DNA from: Candidatus Sumerlaeales bacterium
GTDB lineage: Bacteria; Sumerlaeota; Sumerlaeia; Sumerlaeales; Sumerlaeaceae
NCBI GenBank assembly: GCA_038243585.1
Contig: JBBSQY010000030.1
Coordinates: 1-41,370, forward strand
Direction: 5' to 3'
Length of the DNA stretch: 41,370 nt
Part shown: in pieces, positions 1 to 8,417 of the stretch
Layout: each line of letters begins with the position of its first letter
Position numbering within the stretch: the first letter of the stretch is position 1
The notes under the pieces: model-generated
The model's input: the letters and a program-made list of their open reading frames with translations, nothing else
What the model was told of the DNA's origin: nothing
Database searches by the model: none
Program-made: the position numbers and the translations under genes

Positions 1-423
1 ATCCACGCCCTGTTGATGATCCCCGCCGTGGCGTTTATCAGCGGGGCGGGCATTGCTCGCCGGGCTGTGATTGATGCGGTCTTGCTGGCGGGTTTGATTG
101 TCCAGATTTATGGGTCCTCGCAAAGCTTTATTGATTATTACCTGCTCTATTACCGGACACCATACACGCCGCCAAACGCCACGGTCATGTACGGCGGAGA
201 AGACCTGGCCCCCACCTATATTCAGGCGCAGGCCGTCGGGCCCGATGGCCAGACCGTCCCGTTTCCGGTCCAGGCGATGCCTGCGCCCATCAGCGATTCC
301 ATCTACGTTCCGCAGAACAGCCAGTGGTACCGGTATGCGGAGATGTGGAATTCTGGCTACACAGACAATATGTGGCTGAGGTGGATGCAGAGACAACGGG
401 GCAAGGAGCAGCCAGTATTATGA
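1..423 (+). CDS. 3' end of a probable membrane protein (5'-truncated by the window edge)
   Basis: Frame is open from base 1; hydrophobic segment AVIDAVLLAGLIVQIYG; stop TGA (421-423) overlaps the engB ATG (ATGA). Confidence 0.6.
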   Translation: MHALLMIPAVAFISGAGIARRAVIDAVLLAGLIVQIYGSSQSFIDYYLLYYRTPYTPPNATVMYGGEDLAPTYIQAQAVGPDGQTVPFPVQAMPAPISDSIYVPQNSQWYRYAEMWNSGYTDNMWLRWMQRQRGKEQPVL

Positions 424-1082
424 ACGACAACAATGACAACGAAATGGAAATTGCGGAAGAATTTGACGCCAACCGCGAGGTGGGCCCGTGGGTGATCAAA
501 GACGTGGTTTTTGAAAAGAGCGGCAGCCTGCGCTCCCATTTCCCCCGCGAGCCCCGCCACCCCCAGGTCGCGTTTGTCGGGCGAAGCAACGTCGGCAAAT
601 CGTCCCTGCTGAACGTCGTCGTCAACCGTAAGCGCATCGCGAAAGTTTCCCGCACCCCCGGCCGCACCCAGCTTGTCAATTTCTTCATCGTCAACGGCGA
701 CACCCGCCTGGTCGATCTGCCCGGCTATGGTTTCGCAAAGGCCCCCAAGGAAGTCAAATCCCAGTGGGATAAGATGATCACCAGCTACCTGCTGGATAAC
801 CTCGACCTGCGCCTGGTCGTCACCCTGTTCGACATCCGCCGGGAACCAACCGAAGAAGATTCCGGCCTGCTCGACTGGCTGAAGCATTACGGCATCCCCT
901 TCCTAGCCGTGATAACAAAAGCAGACAAACTCACCCACAGCGGCCAACTACAGGCCCGCCAGAAGTGGATCAAATGGCTCGCCCCCTGGAACCCGGAAGA
1001 CATACTACTCTTCAGCGCCCTAAACCGCCAGGGCAAAGACGACGTGCTGCTGGCAATCGGGAAGACGCTGGCCGGACAGTAG
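420..1082 (+). CDS. engB: ribosome biogenesis GTP-binding protein EngB/YihA/YsxC
   Basis: G1 GRSNVGKSS, SRTPGRTQ, G3 DLPGYGFA, G4 TKADK; AAGGAG upstream of ATG 420. Confidence 0.95.
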   Translation: MNDNNDNEMEIAEEFDANREVGPWVIKDVVFEKSGSLRSHFPREPRHPQVAFVGRSNVGKSSLLNVVVNRKRIAKVSRTPGRTQLVNFFIVNGDTRLVDLPGYGFAKAPKEVKSQWDKMITSYLLDNLDLRLVVTLFDIRREPTEEDSGLLDWLKHYGIPFLAVITKADKLTHSGQLQARQKWIKWLAPWNPEDILLFSALNRQGKDDVLLAIGKTLAGQ

Positions 1083-1232
1083 CTTTGTATTGAAAAGTTT
1101 TCCACAGGGTTCCTTTTTTTTTAATTAATTCTAGTGTAAGATGTGTGGCTGGAGGCATTTAGGTGGTTCTATTAGGGACTTAATTACTGGTCCAGAGGCG
1201 GGTTTTGGGGTTGGGGTGGGGTTGTTTGTTTA

Positions 1233-1355
1233 TCATTTGGGTGAGTTCTGTTTGCGAGCTGTTCTATCGGTTTTTTCGTTTTCTTTTTTGGGGACGGATT
1301 CGATCTCGATTCTTCGTTTCTTTGTGGGACGTTTGCTGGGGTTCAAAGTTGTCAT
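1233..1355 (-). CDS. candidate 40-aa basic small protein (MTTLNPSKRPTKKRRIEIESVPKKENEKTDRTARKQNSPK)
   Basis: Translated by hand; ATG preceded by TAAGGAG; absent from the ORF track; no recognisable family. Confidence 0.3.
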   Translation of the reverse strand: MTTLNPSKRPTKKRRIEIESVPKKENEKTDRTARKQNSPK

Positions 1356-1361
1356 TGGGTC

Positions 1362-1402
1362 AATGTCTCCTTATGGATTATGGATGCAGATAAGGAGACA
1401 TT
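1362..1402. promoter_or_regulatory. perfect 13-bp inverted repeat containing an SD/anti-SD pair
   Basis: AATGTCTCCTTAT (1362-1374), 15-nt loop, ATAAGGAGACATT (1390-1402). Confidence 0.55.
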
Positions 1403-1494
1403 AGGGGTGGGTGATTGGGCGCGCTATTCCCGCACGGGTACTTAAGGATAGGTATGAGTGCAAAAGTTACAGGGCGGGTGGTTGGGCCGGGGAA

Positions 1495-1522
1495 TTTGAC
1501 GCGAAGGCGCGAAGGCACGAAG
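1495..1522 (+). repeat. RCRAAGGC-unit repeat, left arm related to the 31700 element
   Basis: TTTGACGCGAAGGCGCGAAGGCACGAAG matches 31700-31727 at 23/28 positions. Confidence 0.5.
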
Positions 1523-1591
1523 GAAAAGCAGAAGCAAGAAAAGCGGGCTTCCGTGCTTGAAGCGGGCAGGGCGGCTAGGATTTAATTGGTG

Positions 1592-1619
1592 CCTGTCCCT
1601 ATTTACCTGTCCCTATTTA
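1592..1619 (+). repeat. 14-bp tandem duplication at the left edge of the island
   Basis: CCTGTCCCTATTTA twice (1592-1605, 1606-1619); the second copy overlaps the ATPase stop codon. Confidence 0.8.
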
Positions 1620-3826
1620 CCAAGTAGACCACGATTATTACACATTTGTGTGACTTCTTCGTAAAGACTGACAAGATGTTCTACTGTGAGGTCTAGAATC
1701 GGCTCATACATAAACGAGTTAATATGAATATTCGAGCAGACTATAATACCGATTTTTTCTAATGTAGAAACATCGCTGGTACTGTCAAATGGTAGCGGGT
1801 TTGAAATTAAAAGGTCCTTAAAATTTCTTAATTCTTTACCATAAACATTCTTATCAGGAATCCAATAATTCACGTCACCATTTATTCCGCGGGACTGGAA
1901 CGTAATGAATTGTTCGCCTCTTAAACGGCATGCCATTGAAAGAGCAATTTTGTCTTCGAGGCACAAAGCATCATGATTTTCCCTCGCGCAGACAGACGCT
2001 GCCGTCTCGAATATTAGACTTACCAGTGGTAACGTGGATGTATCGGTTGGTTTTACTTCTTGATTTCGCGATATCCTACGATTGTATAGTTCAACATAAC
2101 CAGCAACCGAAAGCTCCATACTCGCTTTCCTCCAATGGAGCACATTGGTAAGCGCAATATAGTCAGTCGCATCTGGTCCATCAGTATACTCGATAAGATT
2201 TCGCAAAAAGGGAACTGTAGCACATAGCTTACAACTACTGCCTCTTAGCTTCTTAACAATCTCGCCCACAAAATAGTTATTAACCCCAAGGGCGTGCTTG
2301 AACACTATACAATTATCTTGCTTGTTGGCCATGATTGCAAACTTACTACGAACAACATTGGCATTTCCCAATGCACGAAAGAAGTCAAAATTGTGAGTTA
2401 ATATGATTTGATAAAAGTTATTTTCTCGAGTCAGATCATGTAGGTACTGTATAATTGCATGTTTGTTTTTATAATCAAACGAATCTGCTATATCGTCTAA
2501 GATAAAAAGTGTTTCTCTTCCACTTAGCTTTCTAGCTTCAACTTCAAAAATGAACATTAAAAGGTATACAGCGCGCTTCTCGCCTTGACTTAGTGTCTTT
2601 AGTGCCTCTTCAGGCGAGCAATCTGTTTCCCCAAAGTCGTCCTTAAATTTGAAGATTAGTTCCGGTATGTCTTGACCTAGAGTCACAGCTGAAAAATTCT
2701 TTACCTCAAGAAGAAAAGGCATTTCAACAAAACGGTTGTTAAATAGTCGAATCGCGCTAGACCACTGAGATTTGCTTGCGGATGCGATTTCTTCTATCTC
2801 GCGCATTTTGTCAATATTGTTGTCATACTCGTCAAGAAATTCCTTAACTAGCGAAGTTGTGCTTACATAATAAGCCCATAAACTCCGGCGGAATTTCCCA
2901 GGGTCTTCAAGTCTTGAAAATAAGTCCTCTAACTCAGTTGGGTTTAAATTTTCAAATAGTGCAGTCAGGGATTGCGTTGGGGCGTTTTTAGCTAAATCCG
3001 AGCGAATTTGTTTTAGACTACTATCACTATCCAGTCTGGCATTTGCCTCTGCCAACTTTTCCGCAAACTGCGTTTGGTCGAAAGACTCCGATTCGCCTTG
3101 TAACTGAACGCGATGGCCATTAGAAAAATACCCGTTATTTTTCAGCGCAATAAGCGAGCTATCCGCTTTTGCCGGATTAAAGACCCCCTTTTTAAAAAGG
3201 GAACTAAATGTGGAGAAGATTTCGTCGTACCGACGACTAAATTCTGCAGCGTTAGACGCAAAACTCGGGTTATTTAAAATATCTTGGGCTTTGCAGTCAA
3301 ATATCACCGCATATTCGAACATGCTTAAGTTGTCAGATGAATTGGTATTTGCCGCACTCTGTATTGCGGCAAATATGTCTTTTTCATCCCAGTCTTTGAT
3401 AAGAGTACTTTCGATATTACTTTTTTTTATCCCGGATATTTTTTGGAGAGCATTGATAAGTTTCGCTTTTAGACCAAGAAGATCAGTTATAAGTTTGTCG
3501 TATTCAGCTTTCTGAGCTGGATTTACGAGAATAGCAGTAATAGCATCCACTGGATTGCCAACTTCACATCCTGACTGCAATACGTATATAGCTTCCTTAG
3601 TTATGGGTATGCCATCTATTTTGACAGAATGTGTAGGCGGCCTGCTGTGTCTTGGTTCGCTTGGTTCCTCTCCTTTTGACAGATCATAAAATGACTTCGT
3701 AAACGACGTCTTCATCAGGCCGTTAGGCGCGTAAATCGCATACACATTAGTATCTTCAAAGTCAAAGGTATGTTCCAGTGAGTGAATTCCATAGCAGTTC
3801 TTGAAGTCTATTTCAATTTTGTTCAT
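1613..3826 (-). CDS. ABC/SMC-like (RloC/PrrC-like) ATPase with helical insertion and C-terminal effector region; putative anti-phage protein
   Basis: Walker A variant IYAPNGLMKTS, signature LSQGEKR, Walker B/D-loop LFILDDIADSFD, H-loop ILTHNFDF; AT-rich (14/60 GC at 1801-1860); ATG 3826 preferred over TTG 3832. Confidence 0.8.
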   Translation of the reverse strand: MNKIEIDFKNCYGIHSLEHTFDFEDTNVYAIYAPNGLMKTSFTKSFYDLSKGEEPSEPRHSRPPTHSVKIDGIPITKEAIYVLQSGCEVGNPVDAITAILVNPAQKAEYDKLITDLLGLKAKLINALQKISGIKKSNIESTLIKDWDEKDIFAAIQSAANTNSSDNLSMFEYAVIFDCKAQDILNNPSFASNAAEFSRRYDEIFSTFSSLFKKGVFNPAKADSSLIALKNNGYFSNGHRVQLQGESESFDQTQFAEKLAEANARLDSDSSLKQIRSDLAKNAPTQSLTALFENLNPTELEDLFSRLEDPGKFRRSLWAYYVSTTSLVKEFLDEYDNNIDKMREIEEIASASKSQWSSAIRLFNNRFVEMPFLLEVKNFSAVTLGQDIPELIFKFKDDFGETDCSPEEALKTLSQGEKRAVYLLMFIFEVEARKLSGRETLFILDDIADSFDYKNKHAIIQYLHDLTRENNFYQIILTHNFDFFRALGNANVVRSKFAIMANKQDNCIVFKHALGVNNYFVGEIVKKLRGSSCKLCATVPFLRNLIEYTDGPDATDYIALTNVLHWRKASMELSVAGYVELYNRRISRNQEVKPTDTSTLPLVSLIFETAASVCARENHDALCLEDKIALSMACRLRGEQFITFQSRGINGDVNYWIPDKNVYGKELRNFKDLLISNPLPFDSTSDVSTLEKIGIIVCSNIHINSFMYEPILDLTVEHLVSLYEEVTQMCNNRGLLGK

Positions 3827-4104
3827 TCGCAATTTCCGTCCTGTCTAAAAGGGTTAGGGAGATAATGCACCTGCGAAAGCAAAGCGGTGTGCATAGCACG
3901 TATAAGACGGCTGCGTCGGCTGTTTGCATGGTCGTGGTGGAGTTATCTAGCTAAGTTGATGCAACAATTACAACTTTGATCTACACAGAAATAATTCTTG
4001 GAGTGCAATGACAATCGAGCGTAAACAGAAACGGACAAAGAATCTTTAGAGGAGCAAAAGTAGGGCCAGGTTAGGTGCTTGTCCACGGCAAATCTCGCTA
4101 AACA

Positions 4105-5271
4105 TTATCGGTTGCCTTTGGCTTGATTGTGAGTTCTGCATAACATTTGGCAGTTCTTGGCCGAGCTATCGCCGCCCTTGCTCCACGCGGAAACATGGTC
4201 GGCATCCATTTCAGCGAACTCGTAAATTCTGCTCTTGTTTGCGTCGTGCCCCACTGCACAGAGGGGGCAGTTAGATTTGCCCTTCGCCTTTGCCCCGCTG
4301 ATTTGCTTCGCGTAAACTGAGTGTTTCGTGGCATCGTCAAACACGCGCACTTCCAACAGCTTCAAATCCCGCTCGCCGCCGAGGATGAATTCGAATATGC
4401 CACGCTTTCTTCCAACGTAAGGATCGGCGTATAGTCGGTTTACGGCGGTAGATACGTTATCCGGATTATATGAACGAGAATGATATTGTTCGTAGAGACT
4501 GCCCCATTCCAGCCCCTGCATCTCTTTCTTGACGTCTTTGAACACAGTAGAGACCCAGTCAATTACACTGTTGAAGTACGTCTTTAACTCGCTGATGCTT
4601 TTGTCGTTGCGATGGGCACTCATGTAGCTGCCAATGTCGCCCTTGCTCACCCAGTCCAGCGCCCGCTCTAGAAAGTCTTGCCTGTTTACACTGCCCCTGA
4701 TGTAGGCGTTCCACTTTTTGATGTTCGCGTTCTGGCTGTTACTGAGCTCTTCCTTAGCTTTGGTGACGAACGGGCCGGAGTAGATGGCGTTCAAGAGCTC
4801 CTGCTCGTTAAGCGGCACGCCCGCGATGTTGACCGTCTCAAACCACTGCTTAATCTCACTTTCCGTGCCCTCGCACTCGTAGATCAGCAGTTTCGAGCTC
4901 AGAATCTTGGCCTGCTGGTCGGCGGGCAGGCTATCGAAAATCTTCGGATTGCCATTATCAACTATAGCGAACTTGTTCGTGACAAAGCGGCCGATGCTGG
5001 TGATACGCTGCTGTCCATCCAGCACCTCAAATTTGTCATTCGACACTTTGTTAAAATAGATCAGCCCCAGCGGATACCCCTTGACGAGCGACTGGATTAC
5101 CGCCTGCTCTTTGCTGCCACCCTTATCCGCATAAATATAGTTTCGCTGGTACTCCGGCTGAATCGTGAGCTTTCCGCCCAGCCCGAACAGCCCCTTCCCC
5201 TCCAACTGGTTGTACACAAACCCCTCGCAAATATCGGCGACGGTGATGTCCAGTTTTAAAATTGTTTGCAT
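4105..5271 (-). CDS. DUF262 (GmrS/ParB-like) plus HNH endonuclease; putative restriction endonuclease
   Basis: DUF262 motifs PEYQRNY, VLDGQQR, FETVN; C-terminal CPLC...DADHVSAWSKGG...NCQMLCRTHN. Confidence 0.88.
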   Translation of the reverse strand: MQTILKLDITVADICEGFVYNQLEGKGLFGLGGKLTIQPEYQRNYIYADKGGSKEQAVIQSLVKGYPLGLIYFNKVSNDKFEVLDGQQRITSIGRFVTNKFAIVDNGNPKIFDSLPADQQAKILSSKLLIYECEGTESEIKQWFETVNIAGVPLNEQELLNAIYSGPFVTKAKEELSNSQNANIKKWNAYIRGSVNRQDFLERALDWVSKGDIGSYMSAHRNDKSISELKTYFNSVIDWVSTVFKDVKKEMQGLEWGSLYEQYHSRSYNPDNVSTAVNRLYADPYVGRKRGIFEFILGGERDLKLLEVRVFDDATKHSVYAKQISGAKAKGKSNCPLCAVGHDANKSRIYEFAEMDADHVSAWSKGGDSSAKNCQMLCRTHNQAKGNR

Positions 5272-5273
5272 AA

Positions 5274-6482
5274 TCAGCCTTTGTGTCTTATAAGAATTCG
5301 CGCATATGGAACGGTCACGATTCCATTTTTCATCATGTACAAGTCACCATCGACGGCCCCCCGCTTCTGCACTTCTTTTCTGTATTTTTTGTGTTCCGGC
5401 GTATATCGACTCACTCCGACTTCGAGCCCTGAATTGGAAATTCCAAGGCCGATTATTTCAAACTGATCTGGGTTGAACTTATCCAAGAAGGTCACAGGGA
5501 CGCCCATTATACCATCGTAGTCACTTGGAATTTCTTTGTAGGTACTCACCTCAATAGCATCAAAGTTCTCGTACCGGTCGTATGAAGCCTTCCCTTGCAT
5601 ACCTTTGCTGAACTTGAGATTATCTGCCATAGTCATGAGCGGAAGCTTCTGATGGCGGCGACCGTGGTCTAAGTTCGTGAACCAGCATGATGTCGAAACA
5701 CGGGCTATTTTTTTGCCCGTTTCTTTGTCTATGTGATGAAACTTTGCCCAATTATCAGGAACTTCGAAGAACATTCCAACATTAAAGTTTGTGGATCCGA
5801 GCCACATTTTCTTGTCCTTAATGAGCTGAAAATGCTCCCTGTAGGTGATCCAATTGGTGTTCCCGATGACGAGGAATTTCTTCTTATGGTGTATAAGGAG
5901 GGGAATATACTCGCGAGAAAGGGAGAAGGGCGGGTTAGTAACCACGATGTCTGCAGTTTTGAGGAGCGCGACGCACTCCGGGCTGCGGAAATCGCCGCCG
6001 GGATACTGGCTGTCGCCCTTTAGCGCGACTCGCGCAGCCTTGTTACTGTTAAGGAAAAGCTTCACGTCCTCTATGTTAGCTGCGCCGTCCCCATCTTCAT
6101 CTTTCACTTGGTCTAGGACGACGGCGATACCTTTAGGCTTCTCCCGCTTGCAATTTCCCTCATTGTATTCCGGAAATAATGTGAGCTGGCCAGCAATTGG
6201 GGAACCGTCGTAGCTGGTGGTGATAAGCTTCTTGAGGCCGAGCTTGTTGAAGTTAGCGGCGAAGTACTTTAAGAAGTTGCTCTCTAAAGGGTCGTCACAG
6301 TTGCAGTAGACAACTTTACCGCGGAAGGTGTCAGAGTCAAATTCGAGGTAAGCCTCGACCTCTTTCTGAATATCGATGTACTGGGTGTAGAACTCGTCCT
6401 TCTTTGCCGTCTTAGCGGCATGGAGGCCTCGGTTCAGTGATTCGGTTTTCGCCTTGCGGACGTCGCTTGGTGTTTGCGGCAT
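5274..6482 (-). CDS. adenine-specific DNA methyltransferase, EcoRI family
   Basis: KKDEFYT, VVYCNCDDP, GDFRSPEC, motif IV TNPPFS, MGVPVTFLDK; stop lies 2 nt before the nuclease ATG. Confidence 0.9.
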   Translation of the reverse strand: MPQTPSDVRKAKTESLNRGLHAAKTAKKDEFYTQYIDIQKEVEAYLEFDSDTFRGKVVYCNCDDPLESNFLKYFAANFNKLGLKKLITTSYDGSPIAGQLTLFPEYNEGNCKREKPKGIAVVLDQVKDEDGDGAANIEDVKLFLNSNKAARVALKGDSQYPGGDFRSPECVALLKTADIVVTNPPFSLSREYIPLLIHHKKKFLVIGNTNWITYREHFQLIKDKKMWLGSTNFNVGMFFEVPDNWAKFHHIDKETGKKIARVSTSCWFTNLDHGRRHQKLPLMTMADNLKFSKGMQGKASYDRYENFDAIEVSTYKEIPSDYDGIMGVPVTFLDKFNPDQFEIIGLGISNSGLEVGVSRYTPEHKKYRKEVQKRGAVDGDLYMMKNGIVTVPYARILIRHKG

Positions 6483-6782
6483 GAAGTTTAATATTCCGGT
6501 TTAGAGTCTGCAACCACTTCTGTTCTGCAACATATGGAAACAATTCCGATGCTTTACGTCAAAAATGGTGGCATTATTGCGTACGGTAACGTTAATCATA
6601 ATTCAGCTTTTTAAACAGTAGTAAACTAGCGTGGCAACATATCTTTCGTTACTTATTGCCGCGCAGGATAATACGTTTGTGTCGTGTAAGTGCGCGTGCG
6701 TGGATAGCGGTGGTTGGGTAGCTGATGTGGTAGTGTTGTGAGTTGGAAGTTCTCATTATAAATTGAGTGCTGGTGTTTTTTT

Positions 6783-6885
6783 GCTAAAGCGGTCTGAAGC
6801 CACGCTGAAGCGCGCTTTGTTTGCATTTTGTTGCCGAACACCCCGCCTGAAGGCGGGTGCAAAGAATTGCCGGCTGAAGCCGGCA
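6783..6885 (+). repeat. ~103-bp multi-hairpin REP/MITE-like element, family A copy 1
   Basis: Hairpins with TRAA loops, e.g. CCCGCC-TGAA-GGCGGG and TGCCGGC-TGAA-GCCGGCA; colinear with copies at 11049, 11176 and 23135. Confidence 0.85.
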
Positions 6886-7004
6886 GTTTGGCGGGCTGGA
6901 TATTTGACGAAATTATGGGGATTTGCATTCTGTTTAAAACGCGGAATTGCGTCGTATGGCGCTAGTGTGGTCCATCAAAAATTTGTATCCGTCTTAGTCC
7001 TCTG

Positions 7005-7102
7005 CGACCCCTCCGGGGCCGAACTGTTTTTCCTCTTAACCCCCCGGGCTGCGTCGCTTCGCTCCTGACCCGGGGCTACCACTCTAAGACCACTCCGTGG
7101 TC
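7005..7102 (+). repeat. three-hairpin REP-like element, family B
   Basis: CGACCCC-TCC-GGGGCCG, CCCCGGG...CCCGGGG, GACCAC-TCC-GTGGTC. Confidence 0.7.
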
Positions 7103-7156
7103 ATTAAAAGTAATAGCGGATGTGGTTGGTGGGAGTTTTGGCGTAGCTCACCACGA

Positions 7157-7411
7157 TTAGAAGATGAAGGTAGTCACCAGCAACACCACTACCGTCAGTG
7201 GCATCAGGCAACCTATCCCGAGGGCTTGTAAGCAGCCCAGGCCCAGGGTGTCGAGGCAGCCCCGTGCGTGGTCATCGGCGCTGTCGCGGTAGTTTCGGGT
7301 GCTTCGTATCCACTGGATCAGATAGTACAATATTATCAGGATTGCAATGGCGGCGACGACGACCCAGTAAAGATTACCCTCAGCCCAGTTGCCAATAAGC
7401 AGGTTTGTCAT
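7157..7411 (-). CDS. small two-TM membrane protein (84 aa)
   Basis: ATG overlaps the DUF3883 stop (ATGA); two hydrophobic stretches; three GCL motifs. Confidence 0.6.
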   Translation of the reverse strand: MTNLLIGNWAEGNLYWVVVAAIAILIILYYLIQWIRSTRNYRDSADDHARGCLDTLGLGCLQALGIGCLMPLTVVVLLVTTFIF

Positions 7412-8250
7412 TTTTGGTGCCCCGGTCGGGCTTCGTATTGGGTTGGGTCCAGCTTGCAGGTTTGGGAGAGGGCGCCGTTGAGGGTGTATAATCTTGGGCG
7501 GTCTCGGAAGGTGAAGATTCTTTGTAGCTGGTAGTCGGCTGGGCGTTCTTCTGAGAGTTGGACTTCGTTTCGGCTGGCGTAGAAGGGAAAGTGTTTGCCC
7601 TGGTTGGTGGTTTTGACTTCTATGAGGCGTTCGCGGTCGGTTTGTTCGTCGAAGGACAGGATGTCGAAGCCGGCTCCGTCGCCGGAGGTTTGGGATATCC
7701 ATTCGACTTTTGCGGCGAGATCATCTCGACGGGCCTGAATGAGGCGCTGCTGTTCGGTCTGGAATACGAGTCGTTCTCCGGCAAGGCCGAGGGCGCGGTT
7801 TTCGGCTTCGCGTTTTACGTAGTCGATCATTCGCGGATGACGGATTATTTCGGGAGCGAGTTGCTCATTGTATGGCTCTGGGGGTGGTTCGTTAATCAGG
7901 AACATGTCTGCGGGAGCGTAGGTGTGTTTTGCGACGTCGGAAAGTAATGTGTGCAGCGCCGTGTGGTTGGCCGTGTGAGCCGTGATGGTGTGGGCCAGGG
8001 CCTGTTGATAATTAAAACGGGGCTTATATCCGGTAATGTAGGGCACGTTCATGCGGATCAACGCGGCGCTGATGTTCTGGTGTTTCATTTCTATAGAGCC
8101 TTCGGTACGACCGTGGAGCAGGGGGAGGAGAGCGCGGCGAAATTCGGTTTTGTTGTAGGGGATACCGCTTTGCTCCAGGTACAGCATTTTCAGATAGGCG
8201 GCGACGGTGAGGTCGAGTTCGTCCTGGGTCCAATTTTCGCCGGTTGCCAT
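7408..8250 (-). CDS. DUF3883-domain PD-(D/E)xK nuclease; putative restriction enzyme
   Basis: GLAGERLV...GDGAGFDILSF...LIEVKTT...FYASRNE; N-terminal domain WTQDE...RTEGSIEMKHQNISA. Confidence 0.85.
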   Translation of the reverse strand: MATGENWTQDELDLTVAAYLKMLYLEQSGIPYNKTEFRRALLPLLHGRTEGSIEMKHQNISAALIRMNVPYITGYKPRFNYQQALAHTITAHTANHTALHTLLSDVAKHTYAPADMFLINEPPPEPYNEQLAPEIIRHPRMIDYVKREAENRALGLAGERLVFQTEQQRLIQARRDDLAAKVEWISQTSGDGAGFDILSFDEQTDRERLIEVKTTNQGKHFPFYASRNEVQLSEERPADYQLQRIFTFRDRPRLYTLNGALSQTCKLDPTQYEARPGHQK

Positions 8251-8417
8251 TATGGAGAGGTTGCGGGTTTACGTGGGATAATGTCAACTGCATCCTGCAC
8301 AAAACCCGCTTTGACATTCTGTCATAATGTTAGAGCGTTAGAATTCGATAAAAACGCCGCGTGTTTTTACGATTTGGGGGGGATTTTCTGACATAGAAAT
8401 CTTTCCGCCTTCCTTCG

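Noticed and set aside
3850..4104. Possible integron attC site (ACCTAAC/GTTAGG)
   Set aside because: No matching inverse core with a paired stem, and no integrase in the window.
6653..7068. ORFs spanning the repeat cluster
   Set aside because: They translate palindromic repeats and have no SD or protein-like motifs.
8311..8330. TTGACA promoter or TGACA-N3-TGTCA operator
   Set aside because: No correctly spaced -10 element, and the palindrome is too short to support.
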